Source: Hormiphora californensis (lineage: Eukaryota; Animalia; Ctenophora). Taken from it: a DNA stretch of 64,000 nucleotides. Numbering within the stretch: the stretch's first letter is position 1; each line of letters starts with the position of its first letter. The position numbers were made by a program, and so were the translations under genes. The notes beneath the pieces were generated by a model. That model had not been told where the DNA came from. It saw only the letters and a list, made by a program, of their open reading frames with translations, and did not search any database. Shown piece after piece: positions 1-63,700 of the stretch. Location: contig CM035360.1 in the NCBI GenBank assembly GCA_020137815.1, forward strand, positions 4,092,001 through 4,156,000. Reading direction: 5' to 3'.

Positions 1-401
1 TCATTGATGCCAGTTTTAATATTCACATAGTGTTTCATCGTAGGTATAACCGGTTCCTCTGGATCACCACCACCAATATCACTTCTACTATTCTCCATAG
101 GTTTGACCAAAGCAGAGATAGTGGAAACCAGATCCTTGTGCAGCTTTGCAAACGACTCTTTCAGATCAGTCTGGTCTCCAGGAACAGAAAACGGTGCCGA
201 CGCCGGAAGCATGTTGTAACAGGCTTTGAGGAGATGCCACAACTGAGGTTTATGGACAGACGACGGACAAACAGTGTCACCCCTCTCAAGGCACACTAAC
301 AAATCACTACCCTTATAATCATTACTAAATACTTCTCCTGATAACACGTCTTCAAAATCACTCTTAGTGATACATATGTCATAATTACTCGTAACGGTCA
401 T
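1..401 (-). CDS. Open reading frame running off the window start; possibly ORF1 of a LINE retrotransposon
   Basis: ATG at 401 opens a stop-free frame of 133 codons (MTVTSNYDICITKSDFEDVLSG...KHYVNIKTGIN) to the window edge. It is intronless and has no recognised domain; the LINE ORF1 call is a guess. Confidence 0.35.
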   Translation of the reverse strand, partial: MTVTSNYDICITKSDFEDVLSGEVFSNDYKGSDLLVCLERGDTVCPSSVHKPQLWHLLKACYNMLPASAPFSVPGDQTDLKESFAKLHKDLVSTISALVKPMENSRSDIGGGDPEEPVIPTMKHYVNIKTGIN

Positions 402-2308
402 CCTAAAACACCCGTTGCACGCCGGCCAACAGCAAACTCTTCACTGATATCACTCGTAAGTTAAGTTAAAGTAGGCCTAACAGAGATCTATAAGATTAGA
501 GAATAGATGCTAACACAGTTATCGGAACGATTGACGGCAAACTCAAAATAATTTGTTTAAAGTAGTGTTGAAAAGTTTGAAACTTTATTTATTGGTTTTT
601 TTTAGATCACTAGCCTTTTACTTGAATCAATTATTAAACTATACTACTTACTTAGTATTTACACTATGTACTTATTAATCAACAGTTAATTATCTAACTA
701 GTTAATTATCTAACTAGTTAATTATCAATTATCTACCTAGTTAATTTCTCAATTATCTAACTACTTAATCACTCATCGAATTAATTACGCTATTTCTTAA
801 TTAGATATTTTATAACCCTTATTTTCTACATACATTTATATATATATATATTATATCGAATGACTGCCGACGGTTTTTTAAGGCCTTTAGGATCTTATAA
901 TCCTATAAGAGCCGCTTTAGAAGGCTTGTTAGTGGTGGGTGCGTTGCTTCAATCGACTGATTGAAACGGCGTCCTCCTAGCACTAACAATGCATAGGCCC
1001 AAAAGCGGGATATAAATTATAATTGTATTTGTATTTGTATTTGTATCCGGACGGTCTGTACAATTTATTTGCGATTTCGATGGTTTTGCATTTTTAAAAA
1101 AAGTGTGAATTTTTAATTTGCTTTCCTGAGAACATCTTCTCAAATATTAAAAACCTTTGGAAAGGTGAATTTATGATTCTCCCGTCATTGATAAGTAAAA
1201 AATGCCAGCAACCAGTCTTCGGTATGCGATTGGTTGTGCTCTGACGGCTGACCTATTTGGAATTCTGGAAAATAGGGGCATTTATGGCGAGTACTAAACT
1301 TTGCAGTTATTATACAAATGATGGAAGAGGTGGAGTTGGAAGGTTATGTGAATAAGAAAGGTTTGTTCTAGATATTGACCTCAAGCCACAGCTCTCTTTC
1401 CATTTCTTCCCCTTTTTGTCAGTCCCACTGACAGAATTGTCAGAAATGAGTAATGGGCTACCAAAAACGAAATTTTAACGGCCAAACCCCATTCAGGAGT
1501 ACCTCTAGCTATAGAAATATGCCACCAGTCACGGGTCACCACCAGACACCGAGAGTTAGAGCGGTTAGTGCCATTTTAGTGAATCAAATTTGTTGGCAGC
1601 GTGCACCTGTAAACAGGCCACGAAACACCCAGATCGTAACGGCGTATACTCCATTTTTTCAACTGTTCACCCCCCCAAAGTCGTGTGTGGAATTGTTTTG
1701 CGTGTTTATCACATGTTAACGTGTAGCGCGCGCCACGAAAATTCTAAATTTCAGTTTTTGGGTAAACAGTTGAAAAAAAATGGACTTTAACTTTAAGTCG
1801 AATTTATTGAAACCGACTGCCCACCCTATGACACGCGATTTGTTGATTGCGAACTTGAGTGTTTTTGTGCTCTTATTCTTTTGTTCTTCAAACAATTATT
1901 TGCCCTACTCAGCACTCCACTCTGTGAGACCTCAGACCTACGGCCATCATACACGTACGAGGGTTCTGCAGCGCATGTCAATCCATTTTCTTAGACTTAA
2001 ACGCAATCCAAAAAGAATTCGATACCTTCTGGTGATGTATTTTTTGCGGTCAGAACTCAGATGAGCAGAACAAGGGGGCGGACAGTTAGCTGATTTGGTA
2101 TATGCAACAGTCTTCTCGTTCGTGTACCACATTGTTAGAAGGACATTGCAGTTCATTCTAATTCGCTGGTATGCATTGCTTGGTTGTGGGTACACACACC
2201 GCTGCCTTGCAACCAGCAACCTGTCCTCTCTCACGATATCACGCATGCTACGTTTAGTTAGAGAGGGGACATTGTACCCAAATATTCTTTAGACTCTTTT
2301 GTTAGATA

Positions 2309-3991
2309 ATGACCGAAAGGGCAAGTAAGCGCCGTAAAGAAGATTCGGAAAGCGATGACGATGATGATGATGCGCCTATTGTTGAACTAAACAGCCAACA
2401 ACGAGCCGCACAACACGGCGAACCTGTTTGTGTCGTGTGTGGCCGATATGGTGCATACGTTTGTGACACATACGAAGTTGATGTATGTAGCATACAGTGT
2501 AAAGTTGCTCACAAACAGCTCAAGGAAAAGAAAACAGCAGTTTTGGAGAAGGTTGTACATAAACGGGATATTTTAACGAAGACGAGTATTGAGCAAAGAT
2601 TGGCGTTACCGGGGGAGGAGAAATGTATAAACTGTACCGCTAAACTTGGTGTTCTTGACCTATTGGATGCTGGGAAGATCTGCAGTAGGGAGTGTAAGGG
2701 ATACTATCTGACATCTGACAATATAATCAACTCTCCGCCTTTTAGATTTTCTTCCATGCTGCGGACACAACTTCTTCATTTTCGGAATGAGCACAAAATC
2801 AGGATATTGTCCGGGGACGATGTGTCTCCAATGTCTCCAAATATCTCAGATCTCCCTATAAACTCTCAACTCCGCGACAACCTACCCACGTACATAGAGA
2901 AACTGAACCCTCTCCAATCACAAGCCATCCCAATAATCATGTCTGGTAATGACCTGCTAATTGGTCACGTTGGTCCGGGCAAAACAACGTCCCACCTTAT
3001 TCCAATGGTACACCGTGTGAGTGTTTGGGCCCGGGACGTTTCCCAAAGCGAGACTTTCGCCCTGATCCTAACCCCTACCCGGGACCAGGCTGTCCAAATC
3101 GAGGACCATGTCAAGAGTCTTTGTCGTGGTATAAGTGACATGAAAACTGCACTTGTTGTTGGGGGTCAATCCATCGCTCAACAAGAACATCGTCTCAAGT
3201 GTGGCCCTCAAATTGTTGTCGCAACTCCAGGTCGCTTGGCGGAACTCAAACCTGATCTTTCCATGTGTTTTATGGTGGTAATCGAGGAGTGTGAGACATT
3301 GTTGGGCCGATCGTTTTACGATCAGATAACTTCAGTTACCCGGTTATTGCCCCCACGACGACAAACAATAATGGTGTCAAATAACGTGACAGAGGCCCTC
3401 AGTAAACTCGCCCGACCACTTTTGTACCATCCTACCGTGGTTCAAGTTGGGGAATTCAAAGTGAGTGATGTGAGACAGAATCTACTCTGGGTGGAAGATC
3501 CTGCAAAGAAACGAAAATTACTAGACATCCTATCAGATAAACGTTTCGGTAGTTCTGGCTGTGTTTTAGTTTTTGTGGAATCAAAATTTGCAGCACTCCT
3601 CCTTGCAGACCATCTCCTTAACCACGACATTATCTGTGGATTTATTCACGGTGACAAAACTCAGGAGGAGAGAAATAAAATAATATCGGATATGGAAGGA
3701 GGGAAGTTTTCTGTGGTTGTGACAACATCAGTTCTGGGTCACGGTGTGTTATTTCCCAGTGTTTCAGTTGTAGTTGTGTTCGATTTACCGGGCTCTGTTG
3801 ACGTGCTGGTTCATCAGATTAGTCGGGCGAGAGTGGAACATGGGAAGGGAACCGCCTTTATGTTTGTGAACAATACAAATAAGGAGATTTTTAGTGAGTT
3901 GACTGATCTTGCAATTAGAACTGGAATATCTATTCCGGGGCAGTTGAGAAATTCACCACATCTTGCGTACCAACGGGAAAGAGGGAGATAA
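2309..3991 (+). CDS. DDX59: DDX59-like zinc-finger HIT DEAD-box helicase, intronless, with degenerate catalytic motifs
   Basis: 560-aa ORF. GEPVCVVCGRYGAYVCDTYEVDVCSIQCK matches the DDX59 zf-HIT. It also has the Q motif (PLQSQAIP), GKT, PTRD, ATPGRL, IHGDKTQEER and C-terminal IPGQLRNSPHL. Confidence 0.88.
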   Translation: MTERASKRRKEDSESDDDDDDAPIVELNSQQRAAQHGEPVCVVCGRYGAYVCDTYEVDVCSIQCKVAHKQLKEKKTAVLEKVVHKRDILTKTSIEQRLALPGEEKCINCTAKLGVLDLLDAGKICSRECKGYYLTSDNIINSPPFRFSSMLRTQLLHFRNEHKIRILSGDDVSPMSPNISDLPINSQLRDNLPTYIEKLNPLQSQAIPIIMSGNDLLIGHVGPGKTTSHLIPMVHRVSVWARDVSQSETFALILTPTRDQAVQIEDHVKSLCRGISDMKTALVVGGQSIAQQEHRLKCGPQIVVATPGRLAELKPDLSMCFMVVIEECETLLGRSFYDQITSVTRLLPPRRQTIMVSNNVTEALSKLARPLLYHPTVVQVGEFKVSDVRQNLLWVEDPAKKRKLLDILSDKRFGSSGCVLVFVESKFAALLLADHLLNHDIICGFIHGDKTQEERNKIISDMEGGKFSVVVTTSVLGHGVLFPSVSVVVVFDLPGSVDVLVHQISRARVEHGKGTAFMFVNNTNKEIFSELTDLAIRTGISIPGQLRNSPHLAYQRERGR

Positions 3992-4219
3992 GTTGATTTT
4001 TATTTATTGGACTAATTTATTGTTAAATATTTTTCTAAGTTTATGGGTTTTTACCACAAAGCGCTTTTAATATGTTTTCTCCTTCAACAAAACACACATT
4101 TTCCCTGTTTTATCCAAAACCGAAAACTTCGAAAATGGAGGATTCGTGGTGTTTTAACCGCAAAGTTATTTACTTATAAGGGATCTTGTTTTGACCGCAA
4201 AGTTATTTCCATATTAGGT

Positions 4220-5989
4220 ATGATGTTCCCAATGATGCACCATCAGGGAATGGGCCCTCCAAAACCCCAAGCCAACCATCAGGAGTGTCTTCTGGTCGGT
4301 ACTGTCAACATAGAACAATCACGGCAGTTACACGCCCGACTCGAGGTAAATGTGATTTGACAATCTTGAAATGCGATAATGTGACTCCTATTCGTTTAAA
4401 GTGAGAGAGAACAGCAGGGATTTTCACAAAAAGTTATCTGGATACTCCTTGATGTTGTTATGTTCTAACCCTCCTTTACACGCGAAACACAGTCTAGCTA
4501 GGCAACCTTGATGGCTAACTAAAACTTTAGTTAGTGAAAACCGCATGTCTCTAGCATGCTTTTGAAAATCGAGCTAACACATGCGAGACGCACCATTATG
4601 GGCCTATTATAATGGGCGTAAATTCATATTGTACATGCAGTTACGCCCATTATGGTGCGTCTCGCATGTGTTAGCTCGATTTTCAAAAACATGCTAGAGA
4701 CATGCGGTTTTCACTAAAGTTTTAGTTAGCCATCAAGGAGTATCCAGATAACTTTTTGTGAAAATCCCTGCTGTTCTCTCTCACTTTAACTTTTTGCTTA
4801 TAATTTGATATTACATACCAAATTTTAAAAAGTCTTTGTTAACCCTGTTCCTTTATTAGGGCCTGAGTGATAGACCCCCAGAGCACGATGAATGTTTCAA
4901 GACATTCTATACAATGAAATCGCCAAACAACACTGTCAAACTGGCTCTGGTGAGGAAAGAAAGGCCGACCGACCACCGTGTGGAGCAGAATATGTTGTTA
5001 GAGTATCTTGGGACTATTGATACACAGGTATGTGTGTGTGAACTTGACAACCTTCCTTCAACCTTCCTTCAACCGAGGCAATGTTTAGTACCTAGCTTTA
5101 TAACAGATATATGTCTCACATTCATTGTAAAATGCGTACCCTAACCAATGACAAATGATAATAAATCTCCTTTTTATCAGGTGCACGAAAAGTTGGCAGT
5201 CCGAACAGTAGTGCGATCCTATGTGAATGCCAACACAAACCCTCAGAAGTTTCTCACCGACCTCGGATTTAAACATGACTACGAGGCAGTTCTCCGGGGG
5301 AAGCGGTATCGCTACAAGAAAATCGAGATAGCCATCCGAAAGGTAATCCGAAAGAGTACTGGGCTGAGTATGGGGTCCCGACTCCTCACTCCCGAGCTGT
5401 TTTTCTCATGCACAGACTTTCAGTGTTCTGGGAGTTTGTTCCTTTGTTCGGCACTGACAGTGCTGAGTGCCACGCTGTAAAGGATAGGAGGGTTAGAACA
5501 AGAGTTTTTTTTGTTGGGAAGAGGTTTCAGAATTGATGTGATATTGACGCGCGGGCGCGCACGTCGAACTGGAAAATAGTAAAGAAGAAAATAATTTCAG
5601 CAGTAGCTACACGCGCGTTTATTCTTTGTATTTCACAGAATTGTCAGTAAGAAAATAATATTATTTCGGAAATGGATTTGATGAACATCTTTCCTCTCAG
5701 GTTCTTAAAGTTACGAAACCAGGAGATATGAAGTCAACAGTAGATATTCAATCATCACAGAGTCTAGTTGAAATGACAATGCCTGTAAGTGATCCGGATC
5801 AAATGATAATTTTGTATTTTCTTCTTATTCCCCCTACCCTCTCTCACTCTCCCCTCTACTCTATCTCTCCAGGCAACATTAGTAGCAGGTAACGACCCCA
5901 ATATCGCGGAAATGTTAACACTGGCCGAGACACTAAGATCAATAGTACGATTAGAGAAGTATGACCCTACTCGAATGAAGGAGAAATGA
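4220..5989 (+). CDS. MED18: Mediator subunit 18; exons 4220-4345, 4860-5027, 5181-5342, 5701-5784, 5873-5989
   Basis: Phase-0 GT-AG joins give an open protein (ECLLVGTV...ARLEGLSD...EYLG...FLTDLGFKHDYEAVLRG...SLVEM...VRLEKYDPTRM) that is collinear with animal MED18. Confidence 0.88.
4400..4785. mobile_element. Palindromic non-autonomous DNA transposon, Kolobok-like
   Basis: Near-perfect foldback agtgagagagaacagcaggg...ccctgctgttctctctcact, flanked by TTAA at 4396-4399 and 4786-4789, with purine-purine termini. Confidence 0.75.
4455..4505 (-). mobile_element. 51-bp micro-element with 8-bp TSD, nested in the foldback
   Basis: Absent from the opposite arm; flanked by ccttgatg at 4447-4454 and 4506-4513; same ends as 38567-38618 and 43874-43936. 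Confidence 0.8.
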
Positions 5990-6180
5990 GATCAAGCCGA
6001 GAAATATTTGAACTGTAAAAATATTGAAAATATCACTATAAACTTCATATATGTTCATTTATTAACCCATAACAAACTGATATGATATCCACACACTTCT
6101 CCAACAACAACATCGTTTATCTTCTAATGCTTCATCTCCTAATGCTACCCTTACTTCATCTCCTTCACCTTGCATTAGCC

Positions 6181-19810
<13,630 letters not shown>

Positions 19811-20103
19811 TGATATGGCCCTGAAAGAGATGGGAATTGAGAGAAAAAGATATAGCTTGATAATTTATTAATTTATAAACAAAACCTCACAATATAATGT
19901 TATGTATTATACAACTTGTAAATCAGCCCCCCCCCCCCGCCCTCCCTCCCTCCCTTTCCTCCCCAACCCCTGAACACCCCACACTACTCTCCCAATAAAC
20001 ACTATTTAGTGCATGTCCCAATGGTCTGCGATTGTCCCCAACTCCTAAACACCCCACAAGCTGTTTTCCCAATAAACATCCCCCGGTACACTATATTTAG
20101 TGC

Positions 20104-31670
<11,567 letters not shown>

Positions 31671-32123
31671 CGATCAGTAACAGTAACCCGTCGCTATGGT
31701 AACTTGGAAACGATCAGTAACAGTAACTCATCACTATGGTAACCTGGCTAGATCCTAAATATCGATTATTTTTGGGACTTTTAAAACCAAAAGTTTTAGA
31801 GTTTTGGTTTTACCCTTATAGATAATTTGTCTGTGCATTTTTCTCTTATCTGTAAATGCAAAATGTTGTTATATATTTGACGTATTTTGTGCTCGAAAGC
31901 ACACTAGTGTGTAGCGGATTGTACGTATCAAGTTGTTTTTGTATTCTCTTTTTTTTGTTCTTTTCTCACGTGCTGATATCCCGCCGCTGACAATCATTAT
32001 CATTGTAAAATAATGTATTTTTATAAACTTTCAAACACTTGGTTTCCCCCTACCTAGGGAAAATTAGCTTCCCCAATTTTATTGTACTCTCTACTAACCC
32101 CGATCACTGTTACCATAGCAACC

Positions 32124-35100
32124 ATGGTCAAGATTCGGGCATGTGTTCCCCCCGTTGTGATGCTTCAGGAGATTTTCCTCATAATTCTCTGTACCAAGGT
32201 GTGAAGATTGTTATATGTATATGCACGTGCTTTAAAGTCGGACCCCGATTTACCGGGATGTTTATCCGTCCGGTAAATCTGGGTCTGATTATATATCTCC
32301 CTGGGAAGAGTCAGGAAAAATTGTTCAAGCGAGAGAGAGGATCGAGCCAGGCAATTTAAGCAATTCCGTGCGATATATTAAGAGTTCTAACATGAATTCT
32401 AACATGAATTCTAACTTGAATTCTACCATGAATTCTAACATGAATTCTTTTTAGGTTGACAAAGGGAAGGATTGGAATTGGTTTCTGTTGTTTATCCCCA
32501 TTTGGTTGACTGACTTTCTCCTTTTTCTACCGGCATGTTTTGAGACATCCCTGGTAAGATAACTCTCCTAGTTAAAGTAACAATCTCTCCCGAACTTAAT
32601 CAGCTCTCTCCTCTAGTTAAAGTAACAATCTCTACTGAACTTAATCAGCTCTCTCCCCTAGTTAAAGTAACAATCTCTCCCAGGCCATACAAGCATCTCG
32701 CTCAGCTCTCTCCCCTAGTTAAAGTAACAATCTCTCCCAGGCCATACGAGCATCTCGCTCAGCTAGGCGAGGGGAGACGGAGCAGTTTGAGTCCAAACCA
32801 AAGTCTGTCAAGTTTATTGTGTCTTACTTCCTGTTCATTGCCTGTAAAGTGACAGCTGAGGTTCTCATGTGCACCAAATACCAGTATGACATGGTAAGAG
32901 AGCTGGTATAGTAACCATGGTAACAATATTATGGCAGTTGGATTCAATCCAAAAACAAGTTCACTATTGGGTTTTGGGTTTTGAAAATAATCTTTCTTAG
33001 CTCTAATATTTTTTACTCCCCTTCTATATTTCCCCCCTTTTTTCAGGCGCAACTCAAGTATTACTACATCTTCCTTCCTATTATCCTGATCCTTCTAGGA
33101 CTCTTTGTTAGCTCAGTTGTTATTACCTATCGGTCAGTTGTTAAACCTCCCTCCGTTACACGCTGAGAGACTGTTACCATGGTTACCATTGGAGTTACCA
33201 TAGTTACCAATTGTTTGAGTAGCCCGAATGAAGAGGATTCACTGCTGCATTCTCATGATAGAAGCATGCTGATTAGTAAATAGTTGTGATTTGGGGAATA
33301 GTAAATTAGACAGGGCCATCCATCCGGCTGTTCTCCACATCAAACTCTTTCCTCCCAATGCTGCATCACGACCTCGCCCCCCCCCTTCTCACCTCGCATC
33401 TTGAATTCGAGGAAATGAGAGTTGGATTCACAAGAATATCACTGATTTACACACACACGCAAGCTAGAGGGGATGGCTTGTAATAATAACACATACTGAC
33501 CTGTGTGTGTTACAACATGTGCTGCTGTTGCATCCCTCGATTATCAATGGGTGTGTGACATTTTTTTGGCTTGTGCGTTTGTGGCTTGTGTGCGTGTGAC
33601 ACGGTTTTGACACGGTTTTGACACGGTTTTAAAATAATTCTGCACGGGTTTCCCGGTGCGTAAGAATGTTGGAGCATCAACCTGTCGACATCCAAGGACA
33701 GAGGGTGTCAGGTTGGTGCTCCAGATTCTGGGAATATACACAGTAATAAATAATTATTCAGATTACAAGGCCGGAGTGTAGTGGAGTTTGTTCTAAGTGG
33801 TGTGAGGCAGCTAAGCCGGTTAATGTCCTTTAGTAAATTTTTCGCGAGTTGAAATGATGGCGTGAGTAAAACACGCCACCAGGCCTGCGATCCGCGGGGT
33901 GTAGTTATGAAGATTGAGGAAGATGTTCGTGAGTGAGTGATGTGATAAAAGGAAAATTTCCGGGTCTTTCCTCAAGTTGTCTCGGCTGTCTTCGTAGAGG
34001 CTGCAGTGGTCCAGAGCATGTTCCTCAGTCTCTACTTCATAGATGTTCAAGCTCTCGCACCAGGGGCAGTAGCGATTGTCTCTGGGGATGTTGGTGAACC
34101 GGCCGGTTTCTATTTTGAGAGGGTGGGAGCTACTTTTCAGTTTAGCGATAGAAGATCGGTAGTTGAAGTTGTTCAGTCCCAGGTACGATCTCAAGGTAGG
34201 TTGGTCCAACTTTTCGCAGGTGTTGTAAAACGAGAGTTTTGAGGAGTTGGTTGTCGCTGCTACCCAACTCCCGTTGAAGGTGTCCCTCAGGCATGAAAGG
34301 ATTATATTTGTCCGAAACTTCTGGGAAATTAGAGGTTTGACGTCGAGAGTGGGGGGTAAATAAGTGGGGTTTGGCGTGAGGTTAGTTTTTGAAGTGAGTG
34401 TTTTGTAGGCCGATACATGATCCTGGTTGTAAATTGGGTCTCTCTCTAGGAGAGGTCGTAGGGATTTGTACCACGGCAGGTCTCGTGTCCTTTGTTCAAG
34501 ATAGGCTTGATGTACGAGGCTGGTTCCACTGGATGGTAGCTTGGCTATCCGTTGGAGGTATTTAATGGTGATATCCAAAGCCTCTAGAGATAGGGGTCGT
34601 GTGCCGGTGTCTCCATAAACTGCGGCGTTTGTAGTCTTCCTGTTGACTCCCATTGTCCACTTGAGATAAGAGAGATGCAGTCTGTTAAGTTTGCTGCTTG
34701 AGAGTTTCCTAATTAAAGTTGGGTCATTGGAGTCAATATTCTTGATGGTAGTCTTGGCCTCCGGCAGCTGGGGTGACCAGATTGGCGCTCCGTAAAGTGC
34801 AATCGGTTTGATGAGGGCGTTGAAAAGGCTAAGTGTTGATTTGAAGGAAAGCTGCTCCTTCATAATGGTGCCACGCAAGCCGTACATGGCCCGGGTTGCC
34901 TTTGTGGTGAGGTCACTTGAGGCGGCTTTACTGAAGTCTCCAGTCGATGAAATATTCAGTCCAAGGTAGCAGTAGTTTTCCACTTGATGAATAGCTTCAT
35001 GACCTAGCTTCAGAGAGAATTGCAGATTGTGACGGTTGTTGAAGGTCATGAGTTTAGTTTTGAGGCTATTGACTTCGAGTCCCCACTTTTGGCAGTAATT

Positions 35101-36947
35101 GTGGAGTTTATTGACTTGTTCTTGGGCGTCTTGAATGTTCAAAGAGAGTAGGATCAGGTCATCCGCCCATAATAGGTGGGTTACTGGAATCTTTCCCAGG
35201 TGGGGTGGGTTTTTGTGGTCTTTGGTGTTTAAGGTGTCAGAGAGCTCCAAGAGAAAGAGTTTAAAAAGTTCAGGACTGAGCGGGTGGCCCTGCTCAGTCC
35301 CTTTAAGTATCCTGAATCTATGACTAAGGTGACCCGACAGTTTTATTTGGGCTGTTGAGTTGGAGTACATATTCCGGAGAACATTGAAGAAGTTTCCACA
35401 TATACCGAGTTTCGATAGTTTTAGGAAAAGCGCCTGACGTGGAACACTGTCGAACGCTTTTTTGTAGTCGACGAAAGTGGCAAAGAGAGGGGTCTTGCTC
35501 TTGCGATATTTTTGAACAAGGGTCATGAGGGACACGACGTGATCACACGTTTGTGCTCCCTTTTTGAAACCTAGTTGGTTGATGGGATCAGGACACTTTA
35601 CTTCTCTGAACTGGACTAACCTGTCTAGCATGACCGTGCTGAATATCTTTCCTATAGCACTACCTACCGACACAGCTCTATAATTGTCGGGGTCTCCACG
35701 TGGACCTTTTTTGTGTAAGGGTGTGATGATGCTATTCGTCCAGGGATAAGTTCCAGTCCTGAAACAGTTGTTGAGTATTTCGGTAAGTATGTCGACGTGT
35801 CGTTCATCAAGGATCTTCAGAATGTCATTGGAGAACATGTCATCTCCAGCAGCTTTTCCACACTTGAGGCTACGAATGCAACCTGATATTTCTTGTATGG
35901 AGATATCAGTGTTAAGAGCAAGGGCAGCTTCATCTTGGTTTCTGGAGTTGTGTTGGTTGATTTCATCGGCTTCTTGGAGCATAGTGTTTTTCTCCTCAAC
36001 TGTTAAAGATGCATGGGTATCGGAGTATAGATTTGTGAAGAAGGATTCAAAGTTCTCCATATCTACTGTATTAAACTGCTCACTGTGGGTCTTAAGTTTC
36101 TTTACCTTGTGAAACCCTTGCCAGTTAAGAATTTTTCCATCCTCGATGTCTTTGTTGAGTTTCGAAGTGTATCGAGTCTTTGAATTTCTGATGAGTTTTT
36201 TTGTACCTGCCTTTGATGCGGTAGTAAAGTTCCTTAAGCTTGCTTTTATCTGGGAATGAGTCCGTAAGAGAAGTTGCTTTTCCTAGTAGTTTCCTCGCCT
36301 CCTTGATGTTCCGATTGTGCCACGGTTGAGTAGAGTGGGCTTTTTTAGATCCTGGGTTTGATACCTTGAATGAAGTGTTGCAGAGTCTGCGGAGGTGGTT
36401 TACCATCTCCGTGTATGCTAGAACATGATCAGAGGGGTCCGCTAGTTTGTTGGTGATATCTGTGAGTGCAGTATCAGACTCTTTCTGAAGATTTCGGAAA
36501 AGAGATTTTCCCGTGGTTGTAATAATAAACCTACTGGGGGCCTTATTGTAAGAGCGTTCCATGCTTCCTATAGAGTTGGCTTGAAACGAACATCTTAAAA
36601 GGGTAGTAAGAGGACGATGGTCCGAGGTGGGGAGGAGGCTGCCTACTTTCATGTGCTCAACGGATTGGAAGAGCTCACGCGACGTAGCAACATAGTCAAC
36701 TACGGAGCAGCCCTGTCTCTGAATACTAGTGTGTGTGTGTGTGTGTGTGTCTGTGTGTGTGTATGTGTGTCTGTATGTGACATGTGGATATATTTCGTGT
36801 GAATTGAGAGTTTATTTTTTGGTAGTATCCAATTTCAAGTTGTGTATTTGATAAGCTTGTTTCTCTCAGCCATGCTGTAGTAGAAGCTGCAGTGTATAAA
36901 CTACTCAAGTACCTCTCTCTAGCATTATAGAATCATGGCTGAACTAG
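32124..36947 (+). CDS. TMEM60: TMEM60-like membrane protein; exons 32124-32198, 32455-32553, 32741-32893, 33047-33132, 36923-36947
   Basis: IFLIILCTKVDKGKDWNWFLLFIPIWLTD...KVTAEVLMCTK...YYYIFLPI resembles TMEM60 and the phases fit. The last exon is less certain (alternative stop at 33166). Confidence 0.75.
33820..36720 (-). mobile_element. 5'-truncated LINE ORF2 (end of APE endonuclease plus reverse transcriptase)
   Basis: SVVDY...SDHRPL endonuclease end, a frameshift near 36130, then RT motifs NYRAVS, FVDYKKAFDSV, GTEQGHPLSP, LLWADD, YLG and a C-terminal CxxC..H..C. Confidence 0.93.
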
Positions 36948-37256
36948 TTCCCACGATCTACATCTTATTTTGAGACCGTTGTGACAGCCGGGATCTGGAC
37001 CTATCCAGCCTACAAGGTATGTGCAGTTACCATGCAGTTACCATGCACTCAGCTCCAATGGTTACTTTCTATTCGTGTTCCCACAAATTACCCGTTATAT
37101 ATGTTAATTCTCAGGGAAAACATAATCCTTGTAACTCATGATGAGACGTAAGAAATTAACCCGCTGATTTGTGTGTGTACCATCTCTCCCCAGGTGTGTG
37201 GGGATCTCGTTGTGTTAATGTGATATCTGATCTGTGATATGTGATCTGTGTGAAAC

Positions 37257-62756
<25,500 letters not shown>

Positions 62757-62816
62757 GTGAGTACACGTTGTATAATATGGGACCTCGATTTACTGGAAAC
62801 CCCGAGCCGATATATC

Positions 62817-62878
62817 AAAAAGATAAATGGAGGTGCCCAGTATATCGCGATATACTGGGCACCTCCATTTATCTTTTT
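62817..62878. repeat. Perfect ~62-bp palindrome, probably MITE-derived
   Basis: aaaaagataaatggaggtgcccagtatatcgcgatatactgggcacctccatttatcttttt. Confidence 0.85.
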
Positions 62879-62887
62879 GCTATTTAA

Positions 62888-63700
62888 CCCTTTAAGGGCT
62901 AGAAGGATTGGCTCGATAGATTTTTCTTATTTTTCGTTTATAAGTAGATATTATTACCACAAACTACCTCGAAAAAGAAATTTGAAGTTTCGACATGTAG
63001 TTTTTGCTGGGCCCACTGTGTCATATATGACTCTATCGTCCGTAAGGGAATTCTAGTAACAAATGTCATTTGTGCAAAAGTATGGGTCCAATAGTCAAAT
63101 TGTATGCTTTGAGGCAGTCTATAGCTATAATTTCTACAATCTTGAACGGTTTTTACTAGAAAAATACCCCAAATTCTACATTTTGTATCATATATGACTC
63201 TATCGTCCCAATTGGTAAATTCTCCAAAAACATCCATAACTTGGGCTAGAAAAGGAGCTAAGAGTCAAATCAGGGCACTAAACTGTGTAGAATCATCGCA
63301 TTAGTGGGGGTAGAGCACATATTTAGGTCGCTATCTATACCCCCTAATTGAGATAATTGGATAATTAGCCAATTATCTGTCCCGCGCATGCTAATAAATG
63401 AAACTTTGCTTTGGGAAGGAGTTATGAGGCAAATGGGGGAACTAAAATGTGTAGAATCATCACATTAGTGGGGTTAGAGCACATATTTAGGTCTCTATCT
63501 GGACCCCTAATTGAGATAATTGGATAATTAGCTAATTAGTTGCCCTCCAGCGCTAAAAAATTAAATTTGGCGGAGTATACAAGACAAATGGGGGCACTAA
63601 AATGTGTAAAATCGTCACCTTAGTGGGGGCAGAGCACATAGCTGAGTTTCTATTCCCGCTCCTAATTGAGATAATTGGATAATTAGCTAATTTACGGTTG
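62888..63700. mobile_element. TTAA-flanked piggyBac-like element end with ~165-bp internal tandem repeats
   Basis: ttaa|ccctttaaggg start; repeats (cattagtgggggtag...gataattggataattag) shared with 57221-57485. The other end was not seen. Confidence 0.45.

Noticed and set aside
1453-2292. Short ORFs upstream of DDX59
   Set aside because: No recognisable domains or consistent splice structure; probably promoter, outron or repeat DNA.
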